From positions 128,001 to 192,000 of the forward strand of contig CAWALK010000012.1 in NCBI GenBank assembly GCA_963782915.1: a stretch of DNA of 64,000 nucleotides, in the 5' to 3' direction. Below are positions 39,699 through 51,053 of this stretch, piece by piece. The stretch's first letter is position 1. Each line of letters starts with the position of its first letter. A program made the position numbers and the translations under genes. The notes beneath the pieces are model-generated. The model saw nothing but the letters and a program-made list of their open reading frames with translations. It searched no databases and was not told the origin of the DNA. Origin of the DNA: an uncultured archaeon (GTDB taxonomy: Archaea > Thermoproteota > Bathyarchaeia > Bathyarchaeales > Bathycorpusculaceae).

Positions 39699-40375
39699 GT
39701 GAAGGCACACGCTAGACACAAACTATAGCACAGACAGTCCTGGATACCTTAAAGGGAACGCTGCCCCTGCCTAAACTCGTTAAAATCGGCGCAGACCCGT
39801 ACCAGACGCTGGTTGTTACGATTATTTCTCAGAACACCGCCGACACCAACACTGAACGTGCCTTCGAGAGCTTATCTAAGCGGTTTGAAATAACGCCCGA
39901 AGTGCTTGCGAAGGCAAACATCTGTGAGATTGAAGAATGCATTCGAGTCGGCGGATTATACCAAAGCAAAGCCAAAACCATCCAAACCGCATCAAAAATC
40001 ATCCTTGAACGGTTCGGCGGAAACCTAAACCCCATCCTGTCCCTGCCAACCGAAGAGGCAAGAAAAACCCTCATGGAGATGCCTGGTGTGGGACCAAAAA
40101 CCGCCGATGTCGTGCTCCTATTCTCGGCGAATAAACCAACAATCCCAGTAGATACGCACGTTAACCGTGTTTCAAAGCGATTGGGTTTAGCTCCTCCAAA
40201 AGGCGGCTATGAAGCTGTCCGTTTAAGCCTCCAATCACTCTTCCAACCCAAAGACTACGCCTCAGTTCATCTGCTACTGATTGCGCATGGCAGAAAAACA
40301 TGCAAAGCCCAAAAACCCCAATGCCAAACCTGCCCCATAAACAGCAGTTGCCCATCCAACGGAGGCATACAATGA
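39699..40375 (+). CDS. nth: Endonuclease III; start region frameshifted
   Basis: DPYQTLVVTIISQNT upstream of the listed ORF, PGVGPKTA, VDTHV, C-terminal CKAQKPQCQTCPINSSC. Confidence 0.9.
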
Positions 40376-42320
40376 GCAAACCAGTGGTAAAGTTACCCCC
40401 AGAAGTCATGGAGTACTTCCCCTACAGCGCCGCACGCCCCCACCAAGACGAATTCATAACCACAGTCAACCAAGCCGTCAACGACCGCAAAAGCGTCCTC
40501 ATCGAAGGCAGCAACGGCTTAGGAAAAACAATCTCGGCCCTGTCCGCGGTATCTGCCGATTGCGATGAAAAAGAACCTCAAGGTTCTCTACGTCGCCCGC
40601 ACCCATCGCCAACATGACCGCGTCATCGACGAATTGCGAATGATTTACAAGATGCGCCCAATCACAGGCGTCATCTATCCGTGGACGCAACGAAATGTGC
40701 CTAAACGTATTCGCCGCCAAAGGCGCATTCGACTCAAAATCACTCATGGAAGTCTGCGAACTCCTCAAATCAAAAGGCAGATGCCCATACTACAAAAACG
40801 TAGAAAGCCGCACCTACGAGTACATTTCACTTCAGCAGCAAGTAGCCAGCAAACCCTACATGGGCTCTGAAATCCTGCGGGTATGCAAGAAAAAAGAAAT
40901 CTGCCCCTATGAACTCGTTAAAGGTGCAGTGCATGACGCACGAGTTATCGCGTTGAGTTACCTCTATGTTTTTGACCCCCAAATTCGAACGCCGTTTCTC
41001 AAGAACTTGGAGACGGAACTTTCAAAAATCATACTTGTAGTCGACGAAGCCCATAACCTGCCAGAAACCGCTGTTGACATCTCAAGCAGCCAACTTACCC
41101 TATTCATTTTGAGGCAGGCGGAAATGGAGGCTGAACGATTCGGCTACAAAGACATCGAAGAATTCACCCATTTCTTCCGCAACGAAATGGACAAATTAAC
41201 CGACAAAATCAGCAAAGAAGAAATAATCTCACCCGACCGCATCCTCGAAATCATAGAAAAACAGGGCGGCATCGCTAAACCACGCGAATTCTTCATCCAC
41301 ATGCATGAAGCAGGCATCGCCATCAAAAAAGCGCTGCTTGCAGAGGGCAAAAACCCCCGCAGCTATATCAATGCCATGGCTGATTTCCTCAACAAATGGT
41401 TAGACACCGTTAACGATAATTCCTACATTAACGTAGCCAGCAAATATTACAGTCGAGACGGCAATAAATCGGCTAAACTAGAAATTGTAGCGTTAGACCC
41501 AGCTAAAATAACTGAACCCGTCTTCTCCTCAACCTACGCCAACGTAATCATGTCAGGAACCCTTCAACCTCTTGAAGCATACGCACGCATCACTAAACTT
41601 CCTGAAAGCACAGTGCGATTCTTAGCGCCTTCACCGTTCCCCAAAGAACACGTTTTCTCAGCGGTTTGCCTAGGCGTTTCCACTTCTATGGATTCACGTA
41701 CCCCCAAAATGTATCAAACCATGATTGAACGCATAAACGAAGTCGTAAACAGCACCCCAACCAACACAGGCATCTTCACAGCATCATTCCAAGTCCTAAA
41801 CGCCCTATTATCTGAAGGTTTAGAGCAGCAACTGCTAAAACCACTGTATTGCGAAAAAAGCGGAATGACCTCCAAAGACAACGAGAAACTGGTACATGAT
41901 TACAAAGCATGCGGCGACAAAGGCGGCGCAGTCTTTTTGGGCGTTCAAGGCGGAAGAACCTCTGAAGGCGTAGATTTCCCAGGTAACCAAATGAATTCCG
42001 TGATTGTTGTGGGAGTACCATATGCGGAGCCAACACCCCGCGTCAGAGCACAAATAGATTATTACGAGGACCGTTTCTCTGGCAGAGGAAGAGAATACGG
42101 CTATATTTTACCTGCGATGAAAAAGGCTTGTCAAGCAGCTGGCAGACCTATACGCACCCTCGAGGATAAAGGCGCCATAATCTTCCTAGACTACCGATTC
42201 TCAAGTGCTTACACGAAAAGCTTCATACCTTCGTGGGTAACAAACGGCATGAAAACCCTACCCGATAAATCAGGCGTCTTAGCTCAAGAAGTCAGAAACT
42301 TTTTCAGTAATCAGGCTTGA
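40372..42320 (+). CDS. xpd: XPD/Rad3-family helicase; frameshifts near 40550 and 40675
   Basis: FPY..RPHQ, GLGKT, RTHRQ, Fe-S cysteines, DEAHN, SGTL, SEGVDF, QAAGRPIR. Confidence 0.9.
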
Positions 42321-43400
42321 ACTTCCTGAAGCTTCCTGTCCAAAATAACTTTTCCAAACACAAGACGCATGGGCTTTGTAGAAACAGCGGTCTCTATTTT
42401 GAGGGTGCGTCTGCCAACGTTTATGGCACGTAAAACGCCGATGCCCAGAAATTTTGTGCCGCGACCATACAAGCCAACGAGGATGCCTTTTTCTGGTTCC
42501 TGAGTTTTAGGTACTCCGTTGCGTGGCTCCACGATTATTTGGCTAACGGGGATGCATTGGAGTTTGGATTTTTTGAGGTATTTTGCGTAGGTCATTTCAC
42601 GGATGGCTTTGCGTCGTTCTGGAGTTCGTAAACTCAGCGACTCTGAGGGTTCGATGGTTATTACTCCGCCTCCGCCTAAATAGGACATGATGGCTTCGAG
42701 TTCATCTTGCTTTTGAATGCCAACGACTACGTTGGGTTTGAGTTCTTTAATCAACCCTAACTTGTACCTTAATGCTGCGTCGCCGCTGATGAATCCATCA
42801 GTGTTGATGATGATATAGTCAACTTGTTTCTGGTTTAACTCGCTTATCATGCAGGTTAAGCCTTGAATGGTTTTAGCAACCGTGTTAACGGGTGATGTGA
42901 CGCCTACAAAGTAGCCGTTTTGGAACCTTAAATTGCCCAGTTCAGTCACGGGTTTAGGTGCAACTGCATAAGAAACGGTGGCTGAGGGTCCAATGTCTGA
43001 TTGCCCTAAGTCGCCATCTAAAACTGCAACGCTGCGGTTGTTTTCCATGAGTTTGTTTAGCATGTATGTGCAGAAGCTGCTTTTCCCCACATCGGAAGCC
43101 CCTAAAACCATGATGATTACAGGTTTTAGTTCTAATCCCTGTACGGTTTGGATGGGTTTATTCCATGACTGTGGAATTGTGTTGCCTTCAACTTCTGTAA
43201 TAGCTGCATTTGCGCCTAACAGTACATTGAGAACTGCAGGTTTCAGTGGCATAGAACGGTTTGCGTTTATCTTTTCGGATTACTACACGTTGCTCTGCTA
43301 TGAGTGGTTTACCGAATACTTCCACTTTTCCAGACAAGATTTGTACGGATGCTGGACCATCCACCAGTAGAGTTCTATTGGGTTGTACTGTTTGTTGCAA
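42311..43400 (-). CDS. Clp1/Grc3/Nol9-family polynucleotide kinase; frameshift near 43250
   Basis: LLVDGPASV N-terminal domain, GASDVGKSS, DGDLGQSDIGP, INTDG, R..RR..RE. Confidence 0.88.
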
Positions 43401-44025
43401 GTGCTTTCCTCCTAACCAATACGCGTCCAGTCCTGCCAGCTATACGGATAGCGGAAGATATATGCCTAATCTTTCTGCTATGCGCAGTAAGGGGTCGATT
43501 GGTTCCTGCTTCACCCACCACTTCAAACACAACTTCTGCTGGCAAGGCATCGTCGAGGTCTTGGAGTAGCTCTCTATATACAGGTACACCGTTTCCAATC
43601 TTAACCGAAACGCTGGTAACTGAGAAGTTAACGGTCCTTATTATCTTAAGGATACTGTTGACTAATTCGCGGCTGTTATAGCAGTTGCCTTCTTCAATAA
43701 CTTTTCCATCCGCCAACACAACTAACCCAATTGCCACCCCGGGGTCTATGCCGACTAAGATTTTTTCATATGTTTCTTTACCTAAAAGCAGCTTTTTAAC
43801 CTCAACCATTAAACAATCCAACTCAGCCGCATCATGGAAAACAAGCACTTTTCCATACTTTACCTTGTCTTTTTCCTCTTCAGTTGTAATAACCAGTTTA
43901 GCCCGCGGAGGCACAGATTCGCCGGGAATCACACTTACAAAGTTAATGTCGTTTTCTTTGAGCGCGTTAACTATCTGAAAGTAAGCTCTACCCTGCACCG
44001 TTGCAACCGCAACTTTTCCCTTCAT
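43375..44025 (-). CDS. Hypothetical protein with RNase H-like (YqgF-like) domain
   Basis: VGIDPG.AIGLVVL, VKIGNG, VGEAGT. Confidence 0.6.
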   Translation of the reverse strand: MKGKVAVATVQGRAYFQIVNALKENDINFVSVIPGESVPPRAKLVITTEEEKDKVKYGKVLVFHDAAELDCLMVEVKKLLLGKETYEKILVGIDPGVAIGLVVLADGKVIEEGNCYNSRELVNSILKIIRTVNFSVTSVSVKIGNGVPVYRELLQDLDDALPAEVVFEVVGEAGTNRPLTAHSRKIRHISSAIRIAGRTGRVLVRRKALATNSTTQ

Positions 44026-44100
44026 AAACCATCCTTAGAGTATACGTTTAAGTGCAAAACAAATTATTATCTTCCAACTAATAATGCTTGACGTGAAAAC

Positions 44101-44790
44101 ATGGCGCAAATCTCGACCGGCTGCAACTGCATCGATGGCAAAATCGGCGGAGGCATCAACCCGGAAACCATCATGCTCATCTACGGCGAACCCGAAACAG
44201 GCAAATCAACCTTTGCCCTGCAATGCGCCGTCCAATGTGCGCTCCAGAAAGGCAAAGTGCTCTACATAGACTGCGACAACACGTTTTCAACCGAACGCCT
44301 CGCCCAAATCGCAGGAAACCGCTTCAGTGAAGTCGCCGAACAAATCGTACTGGTTAAGCCCCGAGATTTCCGCGAACAAACCGCCGTTATTGACCGAATA
44401 GAAGACTATACTGTTAACGTTGGCTTAATCATAGTGGATACTTTCACTTCACTCTACAGCGCAAAAGCCGCAGAATCCCCCAAAGCATACAAAGATAACC
44501 GAGAATTAAACCGCCAACTAGCCCTTTTAGCGCAAACAGTTAAAACCAAAAAAATTCCACTACTCATGACAAGCCAAGTGCGCAGCGTAATAACCGAGCA
44601 ATCCTCAAGCGTTCGCCCCGTGGCAAACAGAGTTCTCAAATTCTGGGCAGACACAATCCTATTTTTAAAACCCACAGAGTATCCGCAAACCCTCAAAGCA
44701 ACAATAGAAAAAACCCCCAACCTTGAAGGCGAAGCAGTATGCTACATACAAATAGGGGAAACAGGAATAACAGATACACAACTCCACTAA
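44101..44790 (+). CDS. radB: RadB-like RecA-family ATPase
   Basis: ISTGC..ID..IGGG, YGEPETGKST, IVDTFTSLY, TSQV. Confidence 0.85.
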   Translation: MAQISTGCNCIDGKIGGGINPETIMLIYGEPETGKSTFALQCAVQCALQKGKVLYIDCDNTFSTERLAQIAGNRFSEVAEQIVLVKPRDFREQTAVIDRIEDYTVNVGLIIVDTFTSLYSAKAAESPKAYKDNRELNRQLALLAQTVKTKKIPLLMTSQVRSVITEQSSSVRPVANRVLKFWADTILFLKPTEYPQTLKATIEKTPNLEGEAVCYIQIGETGITDTQLH

Positions 44791-44808
44791 ACTGCGGTTG
44801 ACCCCCTG

Positions 44809-45327
44809 ATGGATATCGCCCTGCTAATAGTTGAAGCCTTAAAATTCATCTTTCCCGCCTACTGCGCCAACGGCACACCCGTACTCGCCGGAGGAGGCAA
44901 AAAAATGGATTTCGGCAGAAACTTTATCGATGGCAAACGCATCTTCGGCAACAACAAAACTTTTCGGGGTTTCTTCTTCGGCTGGGCAGTCGGCTTCTTG
45001 GTGGGGATACTTGAAGGCTTTATTTTCGGCTTCGAAAACTATCCGGTCCTGTTTAGCATATTGATTCCTTTGGGTGCACTTTTGGGTGATTTGACGGGTG
45101 CATTCATTAAGCGTAGATTAAGCATTCAACCGGGCGGGTTGTTGCCTATTGTGGACCAGATTGACTTCGTTGTTGGCGCTGTGGTGTTTGCGTTGCCGCT
45201 GGCTTTGACTGGTTTGTTTGTGTTGACTTGGCAGGTTGCGGTTGTGGTGTTAGTGATTACTCCGCCGATTCATCTGCTGACTAACTTTGGTGCTTACAAG
45301 TTAAAGTTGAAGAAGCATCCCTGGTAG
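44809..45327 (+). CDS. carS: CDP-archaeol synthase
   Basis: PAYCANG.PV, DGKRIFG..KT.RG, GDL.GAFIKRR, DQIDF, KKHPW. Confidence 0.93.
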   Translation: MDIALLIVEALKFIFPAYCANGTPVLAGGGKKMDFGRNFIDGKRIFGNNKTFRGFFFGWAVGFLVGILEGFIFGFENYPVLFSILIPLGALLGDLTGAFIKRRLSIQPGGLLPIVDQIDFVVGAVVFALPLALTGLFVLTWQVAVVVLVITPPIHLLTNFGAYKLKLKKHPW

Positions 45328-45437
45328 AACTAATGCCTAACTGAAAAAATACTTGTTACAGTTTAGCTATGTGCGATAGTACTGTAAAGTTAAAACGCAA
45401 AAATTAAGTTATTAAAAAATAAAAGAAAAGAAAACTT

Positions 45438-45857
45438 TTAACCGGATTTAATTATAACCGCGGTTTCAAGGAACAGATACGATAACAGCACAAATGTGAC
45501 ACCGATAACCAGAAGCATGTAAGCTTGTCTTGGTTTATAGGCGCTCTTTGTACTCTGATAGATTGAAAGTAAACCTACGAAACCCATCACATAGAGTGTC
45601 ACGGATATGATTGTATCAGAGACGAATTGAGAGCTTAATCCCGTGGGATCAAGGAAATAGAATTTGCTTCCGTCATAATATGATGGAATGGGCTTTTCTA
45701 TTAATGTGTATAAGCCGCCTCCGAAGAGGAAAATCGCGTAAGAAAGACCCAATATTGTGATCACGGTTAATGCAGGTGCGTTAGTTGATAATCTACGGAA
45801 CCATCGGCTAAGCGAGAACGACATGTTTTCGGAGCTCTTCTTTATTTTTCCAGACAT
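45438..45857 (-). CDS. OSTC/DC2 (OST3/OST6 C-terminal)-like membrane protein
   Basis: FLFGGGLYTLIEKP...QFVSDTIIS..LYVMGFVGL...LLVIGVTFVLLSY parallels eukaryotic OSTC as I recall it. Confidence 0.7.
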   Translation of the reverse strand: MSGKIKKSSENMSFSLSRWFRRLSTNAPALTVITILGLSYAIFLFGGGLYTLIEKPIPSYYDGSKFYFLDPTGLSSQFVSDTIISVTLYVMGFVGLLSIYQSTKSAYKPRQAYMLLVIGVTFVLLSYLFLETAVIIKSG

Positions 45858-46072
45858 TCCTGTTCCTCTTCCTCAATTAGATGCTTTGCTACTTCTTTAG
45901 CCCATAATCCAGTTAATGAATTTTTCTGAATCTCACCTAAATAATCCGTCCAAGATAGGGGAGATGCCTTCTGCCACGCCTTGAATTTTTCCAGTACATT
46001 CTGGTATGCCCTTAAATGAAGCGGGCAGAAACCGTTTTCTTCTGCTTCTCTTGGACAAATCTTGCACTTCAA
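45842..46072 (-). CDS. Small Cys/His zinc-finger protein
   Basis: TTG overlaps the topA stop; CKIC...FCPLH. Confidence 0.65.
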   Translation of the reverse strand: MKCKICPREAEENGFCPLHLRAYQNVLEKFKAWQKASPLSWTDYLGEIQKNSLTGLWAKEVAKHLIEEEEQECLEK

Positions 46073-48141
46073 GGTTTTACTGCTCCTTTGGTTGGGCATT
46101 TTGGGTTTAAACATAACCGCCAAGGCTTCCTACCCCGCATATACACAGCCACTATCGGTGCATGGCAGCTTATGCAGGCATTCGCTAACGGTTTAACTAT
46201 GCCTGTCTGCGGCAGGGGATATGCTGTGTTGCATTTGCCGTTGAAGTAGTTGGTGCAGCCTACAAAACGTTTTCCTGACTTCTTAGAAGTAATAATAATG
46301 AGTTGGCCCCCGCAAGTGGGACATATTCCGACCGTTTTCTCCTCCAATCTCCCGCGTTGCAATGCTTGGCTTAACTGGGCACCGATCGCGGCTTCTTTAC
46401 TTTTCAATTCAGCCGTAACTAGCGTCAGCGTTTCTGTGGCATTCTTCAATACATTCTGCTTGGTTTCTTTGCCTTCTTGGATAGCCTGCATCCTCTCCTC
46501 CAAACCCCTTGTCATCTCCGAAGAAACCACAACAGGACAATACTTCACAAGAACCTCCGTAACTTCAAAGCCCAAATCACTCACCGACAAGCTGTCTGTT
46601 CCCTGCAAATACTTCCGATCCTGCAGCGTTTCTATGGTTGATGCCCGAGTGGCTTTTGTTCCGATTTCTTCTTTCTCCATTTTTAGCAGCAAACTGCGGG
46701 GATTATATCGTGGAGGAGGCTGCGTGAAATGCTCTTTTAATGAAACCCGTTTCACTTCAACAGGCTGGCCCTCAGTTAGAGGCGGTAAAGTGTCATCCTT
46801 CACTTGAACATATGGTCGATAATACTTGAACCAGCCCTCCATCAATGTGCGTGCTAAGCTGAAGCGGAAGGGGTTGCCGTTGAGGCCGATGGTTACGTTG
46901 ATGCTTTGGCGTATGGCTGGTTCACCGAAAACAGCTAAAAACCGCTTAATTACTAGGTCGAAGAGGTTTTTTGATGCGGTATCTAGGGGTTTTTGCGGTA
47001 AATTTCCTGTTGGGTAGATTGCTGGGTGTGCGGGGTCGCTTTTTTTGCCTTCGTTTGGCTTTAGATTGGGTTTTGCGAGGAGTTCTATGGTGTGTTTTGT
47101 GTAGTTTGGTGCTTTGCCTAGTTTTTTGAGTATATTTTTGTAGCCGATTGTAGGCGGCAGTTTTTGGCTGCTTGTTCGTGGATAAGAAATCAGGGCGTCG
47201 ATGTAGAGGTGCTGAAGAATAGTGGAGGTACGCATGGGTGTGTAGCGGAATAGTTTGTAGGCTTCGCTCTGGAGGCTTCCAAGGTCAAAAGGCACAGGCG
47301 GATTCACCCCGAATTCGCTTACATTTACTGACTCTATTTTGCCCTCTTTGGTTTTAGCGGCTTCTTTTAGCGCTGTTGCTTCAGCATGGGTCTCGAGGGT
47401 TTTTTCATATTGCACATCAAATATTGTGCCATTTATGGTTATTTTCGCGGTTAAACTCCAGTACGGCGTGGGAACGAAGCATTGGATGTCTTTTTCTCGT
47501 TCCTCCAAAAACCGAAGTGTGGGTCCCTGTACCCTGCCAGTGCTCAATGTAGCGTATTGTCCGCTGCTGTTTTTTGCGGCTTGAGTGAGCGCCCGAGACA
47601 GGTTTATTCCGTAGAGCCAATCAACTTCATGTCGAGTTAACCCTGCTTCCACGAGTGCAAAATCGAGTTTAGGCAGCAAATGCCCATAGGATTCTTGCAG
47701 TTCCTCCGTTGTTAAGGTGGAGTATTTCATCCGTTTGGCTTCTTGCTGTTTTTCTCCGCATGCATATTTCAGAATACTGTAACCTATTATGCTGCCTTCA
47801 ATGTCGTAGTCGCAGCCATCAACAAACCCTGAGGCGTCTTTTGCTAATTCAGAGATAACTTTTAGCCAAACCCGAATCCTCGATGCCTTCCGTTCTGCTA
47901 GATATCGTGGTACCCATTGGTAATCAAATACGGGGTAATCCCGTTTGCCCTTCTGTTTGCTTGTGATTGTGTAGAGGTGCCCCAATGCCGGAACAACAAC
48001 TATTTCTCCGTCTCGATAAGCCTGATAGTAGGGGACACCGTTTGAGAGGATTTTTTGGGGTTTTCCTTCTTTGTCTAGGGCGGTGGCTATTCGGTTTGCT
48101 GCATCGGGTTTTTCTGTGATGATTAGGGTGTATTTTTGCAA
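46069..48141 (-). CDS. topA: DNA topoisomerase IA
   Basis: ITEKPDAA, DYDIEG, STGRVQ, SYPRT, AHPAIYPT, C-terminal zinc ribbons. Confidence 0.96.
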   Translation of the reverse strand: MQKYTLIITEKPDAANRIATALDKEGKPQKILSNGVPYYQAYRDGEIVVVPALGHLYTITSKQKGKRDYPVFDYQWVPRYLAERKASRIRVWLKVISELAKDASGFVDGCDYDIEGSIIGYSILKYACGEKQQEAKRMKYSTLTTEELQESYGHLLPKLDFALVEAGLTRHEVDWLYGINLSRALTQAAKNSSGQYATLSTGRVQGPTLRFLEEREKDIQCFVPTPYWSLTAKITINGTIFDVQYEKTLETHAEATALKEAAKTKEGKIESVNVSEFGVNPPVPFDLGSLQSEAYKLFRYTPMRTSTILQHLYIDALISYPRTSSQKLPPTIGYKNILKKLGKAPNYTKHTIELLAKPNLKPNEGKKSDPAHPAIYPTGNLPQKPLDTASKNLFDLVIKRFLAVFGEPAIRQSINVTIGLNGNPFRFSLARTLMEGWFKYYRPYVQVKDDTLPPLTEGQPVEVKRVSLKEHFTQPPPRYNPRSLLLKMEKEEIGTKATRASTIETLQDRKYLQGTDSLSVSDLGFEVTEVLVKYCPVVVSSEMTRGLEERMQAIQEGKETKQNVLKNATETLTLVTAELKSKEAAIGAQLSQALQRGRLEEKTVGICPTCGGQLIIITSKKSGKRFVGCTNYFNGKCNTAYPLPQTGIVKPLANACISCHAPIVAVYMRGRKPWRLCLNPKCPTKGAVKP

Positions 48142-48277
48142 CCGCTTCTCTACCTAGCTGACATTCAGAAACTGAATTGTCAATTAAAAGCTTTACAGTA
48201 CATGCTAAGCGAGTTAGAGCTTAAAGTTTTTAGCAACTAATAAATACGCCATACAGAATAAATATGCGGGGAATTTG

Positions 48278-48454
48278 ATGCCGCAACGAGTCATTTGTCA
48301 CGGTTGTCAACATATTTTGTATGAGGGCGCTGAACTCAAGCCTCCGGATGAAGTTATTCAGGACTGTGGGGGAAAATGCCCAAAATGTGGCAGAAAACTT
48401 TCATTGTTGCCCCTTGACGTTGAAGTTAAACCTATTATTAAACCCCGTAAGTAA
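48278..48454 (+). CDS. Small zinc-ribbon protein (58 aa; not in the ORF track)
   Basis: MPQRVICHGCQHILYEG...GGKCPKCGRKL. Confidence 0.8.
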   Translation: MPQRVICHGCQHILYEGAELKPPDEVIQDCGGKCPKCGRKLSLLPLDVEVKPIIKPRK

Positions 48455-48774
48455 ATATTGAAAACAACGGGTTCCTTCTGTTTTAATTTGTATAGCGCTT
48501 TGTGAAAATGGATTTGATGCCCAAAAGCAAGTTTATCCTCATAATCGGTTACTTGCGCAAAAGTGGGTTTTAGAATATTTTAGTATCAACTTTGTTTAGT
48601 TTCGATTGTATATCTCCAAGGAACAGTTAGGATGGACACTTTTTAAACAAAATACCCCTGCCTAAACAATTACAAATGTTAGAGCCGATTTGGGTCAGGT
48701 TTGGAAAGCCATAAATAAATCTCCAATGTGTAAAATAGTACAATCGCAATATACATGGAAAGAGATGGCTTAAA

Positions 48775-51037
48775 GTGGGGGAAACAGTTAAGGAACGTCT
48801 TGGCAAAAGCCTATCAGTTTTTAACAGGTTTGGTATACAGGTAAGCCACGGTACAATCATTGCCACCGCAGCATTACTTTTGATCCTCTTCGTAGCGTTT
48901 ACCATACGCATATTACCGCTCCGTTGGGAAAACCTCTCGGCAGGTACATCATTACTCAACGAGTTTGACCCCTACTACCAGTTGAGTATTACTCAGCATA
49001 TGCTAAGCAACGGGTTACTTTCACCCTACACTGAGCCCTGGATTAACGCCATGAAATGGTTCCCAGATGGCTTAGACATGTCTACTTCACTTCCGTCTCT
49101 ACCAATGACGGCTGCTGTACTATTCAGTATAGCCTCAGTTTTCGGTAAAATCGATTTAATGACTTTCGCTGCCATAATGCCAGCATTCATGGCTGTCATC
49201 GCATGTTTGGTGCTTTACTTCGTAGGCAAAGACATGGGCGGCAGAACAGTCGGTTTATTCTCAGCCCTATTCCTCGCGTTAGCGCCCTCATTCTTACAGA
49301 GAAGCTCATTGGGCTTCTTCGACACAGAAATCCCCGGTGTCGTCGGGTTAGTATTGTTCATTTTCCTATTCATGCGCTCCATGGATGGTGGCCGTTCACT
49401 TAAAGCATCATTATTCTATGCAGTTGGCGCCGGTTTATCTTTGGCGTACTTCATCGCCGGTTGGGGTGCAGCATACTATGTCATTGGTTTAGCATCCCTC
49501 TTCGTCTTTGTACTGGTTATGCTCAAGCGGTACAACCCAAGAATGCTCGTTAACTACAGCATAATCTTCGGCATTGCACTCATGATCGGAACCAAGGTTC
49601 CTTATCTAGGCCTGAATTATCTGACTTCAGCTGCAATCCTTCCAGTAGCGGCAGTATTCCTCGTGCTAATAATAGCCGAACTCCTGCGAAACAACATCTC
49701 AATCAGAAGCAAAATGACCATGGCAATCGCCGCATTAGTAGTAATAGTCGGCGGCTTCACTGCTCTATGGGCAACCGGTTCACTTAGCAGCCTCGCAGGC
49801 AAATTCGTATCAGTAGTCGACCCCTTCATCAGGTCAGCTTCACCACTCATCGATTCAGTAGCTGAACAGAGAATCTCTGCATGGGGCAACCTCTACATCG
49901 AATTAGGCATAAGCATACTATTCTTCCTCGTCGGTCTCTACTTCACACTGCGAAACCCAACCAACAGAAACGTCTTCCTGTTACTCTTCGCGGCAACCTC
50001 ACTATACTTCGCAACTTCAATGGTGCGTCTACTCGTACTCTTCGCGCCAGCATTCGCAATAATCGCAGCCATCGGCATAATGGGTTCAATAAAACCATTC
50101 TTTGCCCTACTAAAAGAGGCACCACACACCCTTGCGAAGTCCAAACGCAGAATGCCACGGGTAAGCAAAGAATACAGCGGCATCGCACTGCTAGTAATAT
50201 TCATGATGCTCGTGTCAAGCTTTGCCTTCTCACCCCAAACAGGCGGCACACCAAGAGCAGTAACACAAGCATACGTGCCTACTGCAATCAGTGCTTCAAG
50301 TCTTCCTTTGGGCGGAAACGGCCTTAACACTAACGTTCCAGCATGGCTCGACGCGATAAATTGGTTCCATCAGAATTCGAAGCCATCAGAAGTTACCGTC
50401 ATGTGGTGGGACTACGGAAACTGGTTAAGTGACCTTGGAAACGTAACGTCCATGGCAGATAACACTACAGTTAACAGTACAAAGATCGCTGACGTAGGCT
50501 TCGCAATGATGGCCAACGAGAACCAGAGTTTAGCTTTGCTCTCAAAGTACGGTCAAGACCGCGTCAAGTACATCGCTGTCTTCACAGTCCTCGGAATCGG
50601 TACAAGCAACGGCCAAACTGTTTTGTATCCAGCAGGCTTCGGCGACGAAGGCAAATGGGTCTGGATGGCAAGAATTTCAGGACAAATGCCTCAAAGATAC
50701 GTTGACATGGGCTTGATCAGTGCAGCCGACATGTGGACTAACGAAACATCATTCGGCGCAATATAACCAAAATCAATGGCAATGGAACGACCGCGGAATG
50801 AACAGCACAGTCGAAGAACTCATGTACTATGCCCAAGCCAAATATGCCGAAACAATAAATGCGCAAGGCCAATACCAACTCCAAATGGACCACACAGCCT
50901 CAATGCCCACATACTTCAAAGAAGCATACTTAGCAGGCCTAAACATAGCACCAAACCAATTCAGCGGATTAATCCCAATAGTAGCAATCTACAAGATTGA
51001 TTGGGCAGCATACAACGCAGCAAACGGCATAAGTTAA
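48775..51037 (+). CDS. aglB: Oligosaccharyltransferase AglB/STT3; frameshift near 50760
   Basis: EFDPYY, GFFDTE, SVAEQ, WWDYG, DNTT, DEGKWVWMARI. Confidence 0.95.
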
Positions 51038-51053
51038 GCAGGAAGCGGCTCGA

